Below, piece after piece: positions 11,005 through 24,767 of a stretch of DNA of 64,000 bases. Made by a program: the position numbers and the translations under genes. The notes beneath the pieces were generated by a model. That model had not been told where the DNA came from. It ran no database searches and worked only from the letters and a program-made list of their open reading frames with translations. Position 1 is the first letter of the stretch. Every line of letters starts with the position of its first letter. Source of the stretch: Octopus vulgaris (lineage: Eukaryota); the NCBI GenBank assembly GCA_951406725.2, contig OX597827.1, positions 29,264,001 through 29,328,000 of the forward strand, in the 5' to 3' direction.

Positions 11005-14000
11005 TCTAGTTTCAGCTTATGAGCAGTAGTCATGCTGAGGCACCACCATTTGGTGTAGCTACATGATTTTACTTCACTAATTTCTTTTAGAAATTGACAT
11101 TTGTTTTCTTTATTACCCACTAGGGGCAACAATTAGAAATTGACAATTTGTGCATGAAAGACTTTGATGCGGCTGCCTTTATCTGCACTTCCTACTGTGA
11201 AGTTGGTTCATCTGGGACACTTGACAGTAAGAGGTCCAGTTTCGTTTTAAAATTTCTTACGTTCATCCCATGCAGGTCTCTCAAATCCTTCGCGACGATA
11301 TTGAAAAGCTGTGATCCCCTAATGCCCAGGCTGTTGCAGTATCTTGTCCTCTATCTTAATGGCAAATTTGGTGTCCTTAGCACAATGCAGTGGCACCCTG
11401 TTCTAGTATTAGTGTAACTCTCGATACCAAAGTTTGGGACAAGTCCCTCCAGGATCTTACAGATGTATATTATGGCATATCTTTCTCGCCTACGCTCTAA
11501 GAAATAGAGTCTTAATCTCGTGGGTTTTCCCCAGTAACTTATAAGCTACATAGAGGCTATCTTCTTGTAGCGACGTTGGATTGCCTCATGTTCTGCAATT
11601 AATTTGACACTGATTTGTGACAATAGCTGGGAGCAATAGTCAATGTGGCTTAGGACAAGTGTCCTCCAGAGGACCATCAGAGTTTCCCGATCCCTTGTTC
11701 TAAAAGTTCTAAGAATCCATCCAGTCAGCCGCTTGCATTTCATTTCCAGCTTAGCAACACGCACATAGAAGGATGCATCATTACTCATGTAAATGCCCAG
11801 GTTTCGCACTGACTGTATCTCCAGGTCCAGTGTATTTAATTGGTAATACATTTAATTTTGCATGCTGATAGCCAAAGGCTTGAACCTTTTCAGCATTAAA
11901 CTACATGCTATTCTTATCAGGTCACTTGCATATTTCATACAAGTCAGATTGCAGGTGTATAGTGTCTTCAAGGTTATGTATCACCTGTGAAACTTTTGGA
12001 ACATCTGCGTAATTTGTGATCGTGGGGCTCTATGAGGCTGAAGGGCCACGTCTGAGAAGGCCATTATGAACAGTAGTAGTCCCAAAATAGTGCCTTGCGG
12101 ATCACCGCTTACTATTTGCGTGTCATTGGAGGTAGCGCATGACTGTTATCCTTCAGAAAGTCATGCATCTATTCTCTTAATTTCTCGACTATGCCGAGAT
12201 CATGCAGTTTGTGATATATCATTCCATGATCTGACTTTATCGAAAGCCTTTGCAAAGTCGGGATATATCACTTTCACATTTGATTGGTTGAGCAGCTGTT
12301 TCAACACCCAGTCATAATGTTGTAAGAGTTGAGCCAGGCAGCTTCTTCCTGGTCGGAAACCATGTTGGATGTTAGTCATTTTACTCAAGGAAGGTGATCA
12401 ATTTTCTTCTGATATTCATTCCATGACTTTGCTGATGTGTGAGGTCAGAGAGATAGGTCTGTAGTTTTTGGCCTCTGCTTTGCTACCTCCTTAATGAATA
12501 GGGAATATCTTACCCTCCTCCAGCTTGCTTGGAAATTTTGCAGTTGCAAGTAGGCTTTGAAAGAGGAACTCAGTGGTTTTGCTAGGACTCGCTTACATGC
12601 TTTTAGAAGGATTGTTGGGAATCCATCAGGGCCAGTATCTGAGCTCGGGTTCATTTCATCTAGATCCCTTATTACATCGTCTTTTTTATATTGATATAAT
12701 CAATCATCATTGCCTCTGTTTTTATATCTGCAGCAGTAAAAATGTCAGCGGGATTGCTGACCTGCAAGTGTCTTAGTTGTGGAGTGAAAACACCTTTGAA
12801 TTGTTCATTTAGTGTTTTACTTATCCTCATTGGGTTTCTTGTGAGTGAACCATATTTTTTGAGGAGTGGACCTATCCTGCGCTGCACTGAGGTTGTTTCT
12901 TTGGTAAAGTTGTAGAAGGTTCTGGGGTTAGATTTTATATTGTCTATAGTCCAGGCTTTTTTCTACTCTTTCTTTTTCATGAGAGAGTTGCAGATTATTT
13001 TTCAATCTCCAGCAGTTGTATTTTCGGGCTGGACTTTTCACTGCTTTCAGTTTGTTTGTTTAAGCGATTTTAATATTTTGTACGCTGTCTCATAAGAATT
13101 TTCCTCATCCTAGGGATTTTGTTCTTGTGTACAGTAGCCTTTCTCCCTGGGACACATTTGTAGCTTGCATTACAGACATGAATTATTGAAGTTTCATGTC
13201 GATGTCCGGTGAGGAGAAACATTTAGACCAGTTTTGTTTGAGGATCTCTTTCTCTATTTGTTTCCAGTTTGCTTTATGGAAGTGCAATCTGGAAAGATTT
13301 TGAGAATTTCTTGTGCGCTGCATGTCCATGGTTTCCTTTGGCCCGTCCATGATCAGCTCTATCATGTTGTGATCAGAGAGTAGCGTCGGTGTCACTTTCA
13401 CATTATGGATGAGATCCATATTATTTGTGAAGCAGAGATCCAGTATACTATCTGCCCTGGTTGGTTGGAGTACTATTTGTTCTATGTACAAAGTGATGAG
13501 GTTCAGGAGGGACTTCACTTGTCCTTGTACGCATCACGCTATTCATGTGAGAGAAAGGCCCTCAGGCCATCCGATATTGGGCAGGTGAAGTCTCCCATAA
13601 CAAGTACACTTATGTGTTGTTCTAATGTGACTAGAACTTCTATTTTTGTAAGGCAGTCTTCAAACTTGTCTGCATGATTTGGAGCATGTGGAGGGGCGAT
13701 ATGTAGTACATATAATTACACCGAGTTGTCTTTATTAGTGTGTCACATACTGAATTTGAGTGTGACAAAAGGGCCTGGGGTTTGAGGTCATCGCTGATAT
13801 ACACGGCAATTCCATCATGACTACTTTCTTTTCTGTCAGTCTGTAATACAACATACTGTGGTATGTGTATTTCTGCATTTATTATATCTGGTTTCAGGTG
13901 TGTTTCCGTAAGAGCTATGCATAAGGCGTGATTGCAAGCAACAAGGTCTCTCAGGAAAGGAATATTTGTCCTGTTACTAAGTGTTAACAATTCTCTGATG

Positions 14001-14047
14001 CTCAGTAAGAGCACCGATGTGATGTCTGTGATGTTACCATGCTCTCC
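11005..14047 (-). mobile_element. Decayed CR1-like LINE ORF2 (APE + RT) with 3' tail
   Basis: IALTETHL, ILDLCFTNN, QHGFRPGRSCLAQLL, PDFAKAFDKV. Many frameshifts. 3' tail GGTGCCTCAGCATG...CTGAAACTAGA. Confidence 0.9.
11087..11145 (-). mobile_element. Tiny 5'-truncated SINE-B tail insertion with 13-bp TSD inside the LINE
   Basis: TTAGAAATTGACA at 11087-11099 and 11133-11145 flank TTTCTTTATTACCCACTAGGGGC, the reverse complement of the SINE-B long tail. Confidence 0.7.
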
Positions 14048-14086
14048 ATACATGTATATGTATGTATATATATATACATGTATATG

Positions 14087-14201
<115 letters not shown>

Positions 14202-14951
14202 ATATGCACATATGTATGCAACAGTCTTATGTACTTCTCTCGCTTTCAGTCTCTGATATTGAAACTTCAGGGATATTCGGTGAATGGCCTACAAGATGTT
14301 CTCTTGAATTGAATTGCACTATATTGTTTATGTTTACTCTCTTCTTTATATGAATATAAACAATTTTTTTCTTCTATACACGAATTTCTTCCAGTGAAAT
14401 AGCCGATGAAACCGATTAAATACAACAACATGACTTGAATCGTTCCCTACAAATATTAAACTGAACAACAATCGCATTCACAAATGACATGACGACAACC
14501 ATGGATACAGCCTAAAGAAACATTTGAAAAACAGTCTAAAAGTTTTATAGTGCTGTGCACCATTGGGCAAGGTCGCCTCAGTTCAGATGACACCATTCCA
14601 AAATCTTGAAAAAAACACAATGAGTACGATGATCATAATGTTGCGAATGGTTTCTCTCGGTGTAACTTATTCAATTTAAATAAACATAATACTCTACTTT
14701 AGTTCATGGATTAAGTCCTTCTTTATATTGATGTAATCAATATCTGCAGCAAACTAACAATTAAATGCACTCGCAAATACATGCAAGTACACAGTTAAAC
14801 ACACAAGCACACAAACACACAAACAGACATTACATAAACATAAGGCGTGCATACATATTCATAAATACATATGTACATACTTCTAACCATAATATATATA
14901 GAGAGCGAGAGAGAGAGAGAGATACATAGAGACAGACAGACAGAGATGCAA

Positions 14952-14982
<31 letters not shown>

Positions 14983-15038
14983 CGTGTCACTCATATATGT
15001 ATGCTTGTATATTCACACACACACACACACACACATAA

Positions 15039-15108
<70 letters not shown>

Positions 15109-15393
15109 GTCAATGTTTATACTTAAATATTTATATTCGTGTATTGTGTGTGAATGTTCCTATAAGGGCGAGACTTTCTGTTGCTCGTAAACGTTGCATT
15201 CTCGTCACGAATGTTGTTGGCAATATGAACTTTGCAACACGATTCAGCTTAGGCTATTAGCCTCGATGTACAGCAAATACATATCTCCTTCTTCTTTTTG
15301 TATCTATTGTATATCCATCGTATATCACAATTACATATTAGTTATTGGTCGTGCTTTCGTTGGTTTGCTGTTGTTCCTGTTGTCCTCAAAATA

Positions 15394-15872
15394 TTTATTT
15401 CTTTGTTGCCCATAAGGGGCTAAATATAAAGGGAACAAACAAGGACAGACAAAGGGATGAAGTCGATTACATCGACCCCAGTGCGTAACTGGTACTTATT
15501 TAAATCGAGCCCGAAAGGATGAAAGGCAAAGTCGAACTCGGTAGAATTTGAACTCAGAACGTAACGGCAGACAAAATACCGCTACGCATTTCGCCCGGCG
15601 TGCAAACGATTCTGCCAGCTCGCCACCCTAATAATTTTCTATATAATAGTGAATATACTTTTCTACTCTAAGCACAAGGGCCGAAATTTTGGGAGAGAGG
15701 GCCAGTCGATTAGATCGACCCCATTACGTAACTGGTACTTAATTCATCGATCCCTGAAAGGCTGAAAGGCAAAGTCGACCTCGGTGGAACTTGAACTCAG
15801 AACGTAACGATGGACGAAATACCGCTAAGCATTATGCCCGGTGTGCTAACGTTTCTGCCAGCTCGCCGCCTT
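15394..15872 (-). mobile_element. Two SINE-B copies (long-tail 15394-15628; short-tail 15660-15872)
   Basis: Reverse complement of the SINE-B consensus. Confidence 0.9.
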
Positions 15873-16232
15873 AGTATATTCTAAAAGAACTGATTGCGTT
15901 GAGTTTTACTTAATCATTGATCAGTTTTAAAGAGTATTTATTCCATGGACAAGCTTGCTAGTGCCATTCCATTTACGTAATGTATGTATGTATGTATGTA
16001 TGTATGTATGTATGTATGTATGCATGTATGTATGTATGTATGTATGTATTATGTATGTATAGATACATGAACAGATACTTAGATACATAGATAGATAGAT
16101 TGATAAATATGTGCGTGTGAGTATGCATGTGTGTGCGCGTGTGTGTGTATGTGTCTGTGTATGTATTTATGCATGTATATATGTCGGAATATTGAATTAT
16201 ATATATAAATACCTCGATATTTTTGCCTATAC

Positions 16233-16270
<38 letters not shown>

Positions 16271-16276
<6 letters not shown>

Positions 16277-16850
16277 ATAGTTATCGCCATACTAATATGG
16301 CATTCTTATAAAAAAAAGAAAAAAGCTGTCCGCTTATTAGCTCCATGAGGCCATCGCCTTAAGTTAGCTATTTGATACACAAACTGTATCCATATAACCT
16401 TCGAACAAGGGAGGTCAGTCGCTCCACACTACTTGACCGGCAGCTACAGACGCGTTTCGGGGTATTGCCCCTTTTCAATGCAGCGTAGCCAGCCAGTAGG
16501 TGTCGCTTCCGACAATCTCTGTTCGATGGTTTTATTTACCTAGTTTCGGTGGAATACATCCACTTGTTTTCAATAATAGAAATATTAAAATAACTAAGTC
16601 TCTCTAAAAGAGAACAGCGGCAGCGTTCCCGGAAAATAATAGTTATCGCCATACTAATATGGCATTCTTATAAAAATAAGAAAAAAGCTGTCCGCTTATT
16701 AGCTCCATGAGGCCATCGCCTTAAGTTAGCTATTTGATACACAAACTGTATCCATATAACCTTCGAACATATTAGTATGGCGATAACTATTATTTTCCGG
16801 GAACGCTGCCGCTGTTCTCTTTTAGAGAGTCTTAGTTATTTTAATATTTC

Positions 16851-16856
<6 letters not shown>
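16271..16856 (-). mobile_element. PLE pseudo-LTR / retrozyme-like element: ~362-bp unit partly tandem-duplicated plus an inverted segment, in (TA)n
   Basis: 16271-16407 is repeated at 16633-16769. 16768-16856 is the reverse complement of 16573-16661. Contains a hammerhead. Confidence 0.8.
16443..16484 (-). ncRNA. Type I hammerhead ribozyme, U3-A8 covariant core
   Basis: GCTGCA-TTGAAAA-GGGG caata CCCC-GAAACGCGTC-TGTAGC: 6-bp stem I, 4-bp stem II, palindromic stem III, GUC site. Confidence 0.75.
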
Positions 16857-16894
<38 letters not shown>

Positions 16895-16897
<3 letters not shown>

Positions 16898-17063
16898 CAG
16901 GAGTGCCTCTGTGATAAGTAGCTTGCTTCCCACCCACATGGCTCCGCATTCAGTCTCACTGCATGGCAGTGTGGACAGGTGTTTTCTACTATAGCCTCGA
17001 GCCGACCAAAGCTGATGTGTGTGTGTGTGTGTTTGTGTGTGTATATGTGTGTGTGTGTGTGTT

Positions 17064-17096
<33 letters not shown>

Positions 17097-17299
17097 TTGT
17101 CACCCCACCATCGCTTGACAACCGATGTGAGTGTACTAACATCCCCGTAACTTAGCGGTTCGGCAAAAGACCCAAAAGAATAAGTGCTAGGCTTTCAAAT
17201 AATAAGTCCTGCGATCGATTTCTTCGACTAAAGGCGGTGTTCCAGGATGGCTGCAGTCAAATGACCAACACAGATAAAACAATAAAACAATAAAAGAAT
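16895..17299 (+). mobile_element. SINE-A, near full length
   Basis: tRNA-like head, internal (TG)n, tail AAGGCGGTGTTCCAGGATGGCTGCAGTC. Confidence 0.85.
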
Positions 17300-17364
17300 A
17301 TATATATATCTTTATATGTAAGCACATATGTATATATGCATATACTTACCTGTACATATATATT

Positions 17365-17428
<64 letters not shown>

Positions 17429-17840
17429 TTCTTTCTTTCTTTCTTTTACTTGTTTCAGTCATTTTGACTGCGGCCATGCTGGAGCACCGCCTTTTAGTCG
17501 AGCAACTCGACCCCGGGACTCATTCTTTTTGTAAGCCCAGTACTTATTCTATCGGTCTCTTTTTGCCGAACCGCTAAGTGACGGGGACGTAAACACACCA
17601 GCATCGGTTGTCAAGCAATGCTAGGGGAACAAACACAGACACACAAACATACACACATACATATATATACATATATACGACAGGCTTCTTTCAGTTTCCG
17701 TCTACCAAATCCACTCACAAGGCATTGGTCGGCCCGGGGCTATAGCAGAAGACACTTGCCCAAGATGCCACGCAGTGGGACAGAACCCGGAACCATGTGG
17801 TTGGTTAGCAAGCTACTTACCACACAGCCACCCCTGCGCC
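17429..17840 (-). mobile_element. SINE-A, full length, well preserved
   Basis: Head GGCGCAGGGGTGGCTGTGTGGTAAGTAGCTTGCTAACC; tail GGCGGTGCTCCAGCATGGCCGCAGTCAAAATGACTGAAACAAG. Confidence 0.9.
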
Positions 17841-18329
17841 TATATATGTATATATGTATGTATGTATATACATACATGTACATAAGTATGTACACACGTA
17901 TATATATAGACATACACATAAATATATATATGTATACATATATCGTATTATATCATATTATATCATATTATGTTACATTATATTATATAATGAATAAAAG
18001 CCGTTTGATCAGATAATTGAACATAAGCTCATAGCTGCTGACCTTGAATCTATTATTGTTATTTAACCTTCTCGTTTGTTTCATTTTTTATTTCTGTTAT
18101 TTTCGGGTGCATAAACGCAGAGGGGATCATGGAAATTCCAAAGAAATTGTTATTCTTCATTCCACAACTATATTAAATGTGAGAAATAGTATAAAGACAT
18201 TTAATGAAAAAATATCAATACCAACATGGCGTGTTAAATATTCTGCACAGAAAGATATTTTACAACTCTCAATCAGTAAACAAAGTTAACAACTCCACAT
18301 AGCCTCACTCCATATATAGTGTGTATATG

Positions 18330-18419
<90 letters not shown>

Positions 18420-18502
18420 GATAGATACATACATACATACATACATGGATGAATACATATTTGTGCGTGTGTGTATCTATATACATACATATATATTTTT
18501 TT

Positions 18503-21500
18503 TTCTAGTTTCAGCTCAGAGCTGCGGCCATGCTGATGCACCGCCGTTTTGTGCTACACATTTATTGCGACGAACCTCGTCTAATATGTGGCACTTGGTG
18601 AATAATGGAGTTTGATACAGCTACTCTCATTTGCACCTCTTGCCGTGAGGTAGGTTCATCTGGGACTCTTGACAGGAAGATGTCCAGCTTTGATTTAAAA
18701 ACTGCTACATCTACTTTGTGCAGGTTCCTCAGACTCTTTGGGAGAATATTAAAAAGCTGTGGGCCCTTGAAACCCAGGCTGTTGCAGAAGCTGGTCCTGA
18801 AGAGTGATGGCATTGCTGGGATCTTTGGCACTATGCAGTGCCGTCCCGTTCTAGCATTGGTGTAGTTTACAATGCCAAAATTTGGCACAATTCCTTCCAG
18901 GATCTTCCAGACATATATTACTGCATACCTCTCCCGTCTTCTCTCCAGGGAGTAGAGTCTTAGCTGTTTCAACCTTTCCCAGTAGCTGAGCTGTTGCAAA
19001 GAGAGATCTTCTTTGTGAATCTTCTCTGGATTGCTTCAAGGTCCGCTGTTAATTTTACACTGGTGGGTGACCATAGATGTGAGCAGTAATCCAGGCGACT
19101 GAGGAGAATGTCCGCCAGAGGACCATCATGGTTTCCTTATCTCTGGTTCTGAATGTTCTTAGGATCCACCCAGCCAGTCGTTTGAACTTTGTCGCCATCC
19201 TGGTAATGTGCACTTGGAAAGAGGTATCATCACTCATGTCGATACCCAGGTCCCTCACAGATTTATGCTCTGGGATTGAAATTCCATGTGGACCGGTGTA
19301 TCCTGTAAGTTTAATATTCAGTTTTGGATGCTGGTAGCGCAGGGCCTGGAATTTTTCAGCATTAAACTGCATATTATTATCCTCAGCCCATCTGTAGATT
19401 GAGTCCAACTCCTGCTGCAGGTGTGCAACATCGCTGGGGTTCTGTATTTTCTGCGAGACTTTCGTATCGTCTGCTTAGCTGGCCAGAGTGGCTATCCGGG
19501 CATTTGAGGGCATATCTGAGAGGGCCACTATAAAAAGCAGTGGTCCCAAGACAGTGCCCTGTGGAACACCGCTCACTATTTGTGTGTTCATAGAGGTGGC
19601 TCCATTAACCACTACTACCTGACTCCTATCTTTCAGGATGTCATGCAACCACACTCCAAGTTTTCCAGCTATGCCGAGGTCACGTAGTTTGTGGCATATC
19701 ATACCATGATCCACCTTGTCAAAAGCTTTTGCAAAATCAAGGTAGATTACGTCCACATTTGTTTTGTTGAGTAACTGCCTCAACACCCAGTCATAATGCT
19801 GTAAGAGCTGGGTCAGGCAGCTCCTACCTGGTAGAAAATCATGCTGGGTATTACTCAGCAAGTTATTTTCCTCAAGGAATGCGATTAGTTTCTTTCTGAC
19901 TATCCGTTCCATGACTTTGCTGATGTGTGAAGTCAGAGAGATAGGCCTATAGTTTTTGGCATCTGCTCTACTTCCCCCTCTATGTATTGGGCATATTATT
20001 CCCTCCTTCAGCTTGCTTGGCAGTTTGCCATTCGCAAGAAAGCTCTGAAAGAGAATCTTGAGGGGTTTTACAGGGCATGCTTACACGCTTTGAGGATGAT
20101 GGCTGGGAAACCGTCTAGACCAGCAGCTGAGTTTGTGTCCACTTCATCTATGGCTAGTAGGACATCTTTTTCGCTAATGTCAATACATTCTATTCTAACC
20201 GCCTCGCTGGTTATAGGTGAGGCGGCAAAGAGGTCCACTGGTTCGTTCACTTGTCTGTGTTCCAACGGGGTGGTAAAGACACTTTTGAACTGGTCATTCA
20301 GCATCTCACTGATCATAGTTGGGCTGTCTGTGAGGAAGCCATCCTTTTGGAGGAGGGGTCCTATCTTGTAGTGCACTGAGACTGTTTCTTTCGCGTAATG
20401 AAAGAAGGCCTTTGGATTTGATTTAATGTGTTTTATAACCCAGGCTTCTTTGTCTGCTTTCTCCTTCACATAGGATTGTTGCAGCCTTTTTTAGATCTCT
20501 ATCAGTGTTGTTTTTAGGCGGAACGTTTCGCTACTTTTGGGATGTTGGTTGAGACGATTTGCAACCTTCGTCCGTCGTCTCATGAGGATCTTCCTGTCTC
20601 TTGGAATCTTGCTCCTATTTGTTTTGGCCTTGTGCTCTGGGACATATTTCTAGCATACGGCTTGTACAGAAGACATGAAACATTCTAGTTTCATGTCAAT
20701 GTCTGGTGTGGAGAGACATTCCGGCCAGTCCTCTCTGAGGATTTCTTTTTGGATCGATTTCCAATCTGCTTTGTGGAAGTTCAGATTAGAGAGATTTCGG
20801 GTGCTTCCTTTAAGCTGTATGTCTCTGGTTACTTTCGGCCCAAACATAGACAGCTCTATTATGTTGTGATCCGAAACTGATGTCGGTGTCACTTTCACAT
20901 CATGAATGATGTCCACATTGTTCGTGAAGCAGAGATCCAGAATGTTATTCGCCCTAGTCGGCTTGAGTACAACTTGCTCCATGAATAAGGCATTGGTGAG
21001 GTTGAGCAGGGACTCCACCTGTACTTGCTTTCAATGATTCATTCCTGAGAGTATGTGACCTTCGGGCCATTTGACGTTGGGGAAGTTGAAATCACCCATA
21101 AGAAATATGGTCACGTGGTGTTCCAGATTCATGAGGATTTCTTTAATTCTTGTGAGGCAATCTTCAAACTTGCCTATGTGATTTGGGGCATCCGGTGGGC
21201 AATATGTATTGCATATGACTATATTATGTTGTCTTATGTATACAATTAAGGTGTCACATACCGAATTTGAGTATGTCATCAAGACCTGGGGTGTGAGGTC
21301 ATCTCGGATGTATACAGCAACTCCACCATAGCTCCGTTCCCTTCTGTCTGTTCGCAGTATGGCATAGTTTGGTATGTGCACTTCTGCGTCCTCTATATCA
21401 AGGTTGAGGTGAGTTTCCACAAGTGCTATGCATAGGGCTTGATTGCATGCAGTAAGATCTCTCAGGAAAGAAATTTCGTTTCTATTTTGATGCAACAGAG

Positions 21501-22180
21501 CCCCAATATTTAGTAAAAGTATTGGGGTGACGGCTGTGCAGGCGTTAGGGAGGCCATCCCGTGTCTGTTTACTGTGGTGGTCTTGCATAGTGGTGAGCAG
21601 GGTTCCTTCTCTGTGCTTGGTGTAGCCAGGTTAGCTGCCGGACAATTCTTTCCGCCATGCATAAAAAAGACTCTTGCTCAGCTGCTGCGTTGCGCAGAAC
21701 ATCTGAGGAGCGCACTTCGTTTTTGAAAGTTTTCCTGGGAGACATTTCTTGTGTTCCCTCGGTAAAGTTTTTCTCTTTGAGTCCCCTGAAGTTCTGGCGG
21801 GGTGTCGGGTGGGCGAACCGGCAGTTTTTGCCGTCCTCACCATGCCAACATTTGCCTCGCATGTAGAACTTACAGGCTCTTCGGTGCCTTCCAGATTTCT
21901 TATTTCCTGGGTGGCATTGGATCCTCCATGGGGTTCTCTGCTGTTTGAGTGGTGGGTTGGGGTTTCAGCTTTGGTTGTTTTGCCTTTTCCCTCCTTATTT
22001 TTGTTTTCGGTCCTTCCTTTTTACTTCTGTTTTTCTAATTTTTCTAATTTTTCATTTCTTCGTAGGACCACTAGTACATAGGGGGCTTCCGGTTTCTGCT
22101 CCCTTGGCTCCCCCTATCCTTCACTACTTGGTCGTTCACCGGGGTAGGTGATCCATTTTCCTGAGGAACCCCTGGATCAC
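18503..22180 (-). mobile_element. CR1-like LINE, near full length but inactivated: CCCH-finger ORF1 remnant plus APE-RT ORF2
   Basis: CKFYMRGKCWHGEDGKNCRFAH; ALVETHL, GDFNFP, YLDFAKAFDKVDH, SGVPQGTVLGPLLF, YADD mutated to *ADD, LYSLERRRERY. 3' tail followed by an A run. Confidence 0.92.
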
Positions 22181-22420
22181 AGATATATATATATATTATA
22201 TGCATATGCATACATATATATATACATGCATTCATACATATAAATATATATATATATTTATATATATGCATATAAATACATATATATAGATAGATAGAGA
22301 GGTAAGTAGGTAGGTAGGTAGGTAGGTAGATAGATACATACATACATACATATATGCGTATATATATGTGCGTGTGTGAATATGTATAAATATATATATA
22401 TATGTGTGTATATATGTATG

Positions 22421-22494
<74 letters not shown>

Positions 22495-22499
22495 TATTT

Positions 22500-22975
22500 T
22501 TTGCGTAATGAGATAAAAAAACCGAGGCTGTATAGATATTAGAGCATTTATAGCTGTTTACAGCTGTTTCTAGGATATTAATTAATAATATCCCTTAATC
22601 GGAGACGGTGTGAGATGAAAAGTTAAGACAGTTATTTTCGATGTGATACAAATAGAGAGTGATGTGGAGGAAAGAAAATAGATGAAAGATATGTATGTGT
22701 ATTGAGTTTGTAAATCCGTTTTATAGGCATAATGGTATATATGTGTAATATTCCAATATCCTTTGAATAAGATCCAAAAGCCCAACAGAGTTTAATATGA
22801 GTCCTACCAGATGTAGAGTTTATAAACAATGTAAGAGAACCTTATATTGCTTATAAACTTTACTTTATCTAAGAAAGATAGATAAATAGTTTCTCTCGTA
22901 ATTAAGAGAAACCACTTCTTTCGGAACACGAAGAACAGGAGCTTATTTTTGTTATGAAATATCCAGTCTTTCGAC
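22500..22975 (-). mobile_element. Degenerate PLE 3' end with hammerhead remnant (~22555-22605)
   Basis: Decayed LREKLFI resembles CLLEKYFI of the PLE at 1633. Minus strand CCGATTA...GGATATT/AATATCC...GAAACAGCTGTA. Confidence 0.5.
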
Positions 22976-22992
22976 AAATATGGACTATTATA

Positions 22993-23430
22993 AAGCGGCG
23001 AGCTTGGAAGAAACGTTAGCACGCCGGGCGAAATGCTTAGCGGTATTTCGTCTGCCGTTACGTCCTGAGTTCAAATGCCGCCGAGGTCGACTTTGCCTTT
23101 CATCCTTTCAGGGTCGATAAATTAAGTAACATTTGCGTACGGGGGTCGATCTAATCGACTGGTCCTCCTCCCCACAACTTTCGGGACTTGTGCCCCGAGT
23201 AGAAAAGAATATTTAAGGCGACGAGCCGGCAGAAACGTTAGCACACTGGGTGAAATGCTTAGCTGTATTTCGTCTGCTGCTATGTTCTGAGTTCAAATGC
23301 CGCTGAGGTCGACTTTGCCTTTCATCCTTTAAGGTTCGATAAATTAAGTACCATTTGTGTACTGGGGTAGATCTAATCGACTGGTCCCCTCCCTAAAAAT
23401 TTTGGGCCTTGTGCGTAGAGTAGAAAAGAA
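22993..23430 (+). mobile_element. Two tandem SINE-B copies (short tail)
   Basis: Consensus match ending CTTGTGC..GAGTAGAAAAGAAT. Confidence 0.9.
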
Positions 23431-23560
23431 TATAGACTATTTTGCGTAAGATCAGTGATTATTGGGATAAAGAGTAAATTTGCGTATGAAGAATAGTGTC
23501 AGTATTTTTCTCCCTCCTAAGTGTAAGGGTATGGATTGTTCTAACATTGCATCACTTAGC

Positions 23561-23621
<61 letters not shown>

Positions 23622-23981
23622 AGTGTGTATTACTGTGTATACAAACATACGTGTTCTTGTTGTTGACGGGCAGCATTCGATGTCTTGTAACCAAATGGGA
23701 CTTTAGTCTAATATTTAGATGCTATCATTTGTAACTGTATTTGCTTCGAGATTCATCGTTCCTCCAAAAAAAGGACATATAATATGTGTGTGAGCATGAG
23801 CTACCGTGAGTGTGCGTGTCTGAAAGTATGTATGTATGTGAATGTATGCATGTGTATGTATGTATGTATGTATGTATGTATGCATCCATTTATGTATGTA
23901 TGCATACATTTATGTATGTATGTATATATGTATGCATGCATTCATACATATACAATTCAGAATTGCTTTCCCTCTCAGTAT

Positions 23982-24029
23982 TCGATACTGATGAGGAGAT
24001 AATTACTTCGAAATGCATGCATCCATCGA
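23982..24029 (+). ncRNA. Type I hammerhead ribozyme, canonical core
   Basis: TCGATA-CTGATGA-GGAG ataatta CTTC-GAAATGCATGCATC-CATCGA; palindromic stem III, AUC site, one mismatch at the base of stem I. Confidence 0.7.
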
Positions 24030-24310
24030 TATGGGTCTTTTTATATAACGAGACTTAGCAAGTTATCCAATAGGCATCGATCAAATCGATAAAATACGTA
24101 CCGGACTGAGATGGGGTTGATAAGAATTCTCTGCAACACCTTCAAGGAGGAGGGGTTTCCTTCTCATTGCCGCAAACCAGTGAATGAAACTAATGAACTA
24201 TTAAATGAGTATGAACAAAAACGACTACATCACTTCAGTATAATGTTTGCCGTTTATGAACACACGCACACACACACATCCATCCATTCATACATACGTA
24301 CATACATATA

Positions 24311-24318
24311 TCTATCTA

Positions 24319-24366
<48 letters not shown>

Positions 24367-24735
24367 CGGCAGTTTGTCTGTGCGTGTTTCTGTGTGTCTG
24401 TTTGCTTGTACCCTCACCCTGACCACGGCTTTCAACCGATTCTGATGAAACTTGACACACACATAGCCCAATGTCATAATTCAAAACTAACGCAGCGAAA
24501 ATTTTGAAAAGTTTCCCCAGTTCTGAAAAAGAACGATAAATTCGACATGGGGTCGAGAATCAGGAATACGAACCACAAACTGTCTAGGGGACGCAACTCC
24601 ACCTTTTTTAAATCTCAAAAAAAAATTTACCATCATTTTTTTCCATTTTTTTGCTATTTTTTGGCTATAACTCTCTAAAAATGCTATATAGTTATTTCCC
24701 TTACAAACCTGAGCAACGCCGGGCGATACTGCTAG
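24311..24735 (+). mobile_element. Non-autonomous Helitron
   Basis: 5' A|TC...TATATAAAA; 3' hairpin CCTGAGCAACGCCGGG followed by CTAG|T. Confidence 0.75.
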
Positions 24736-24767
<32 letters not shown>

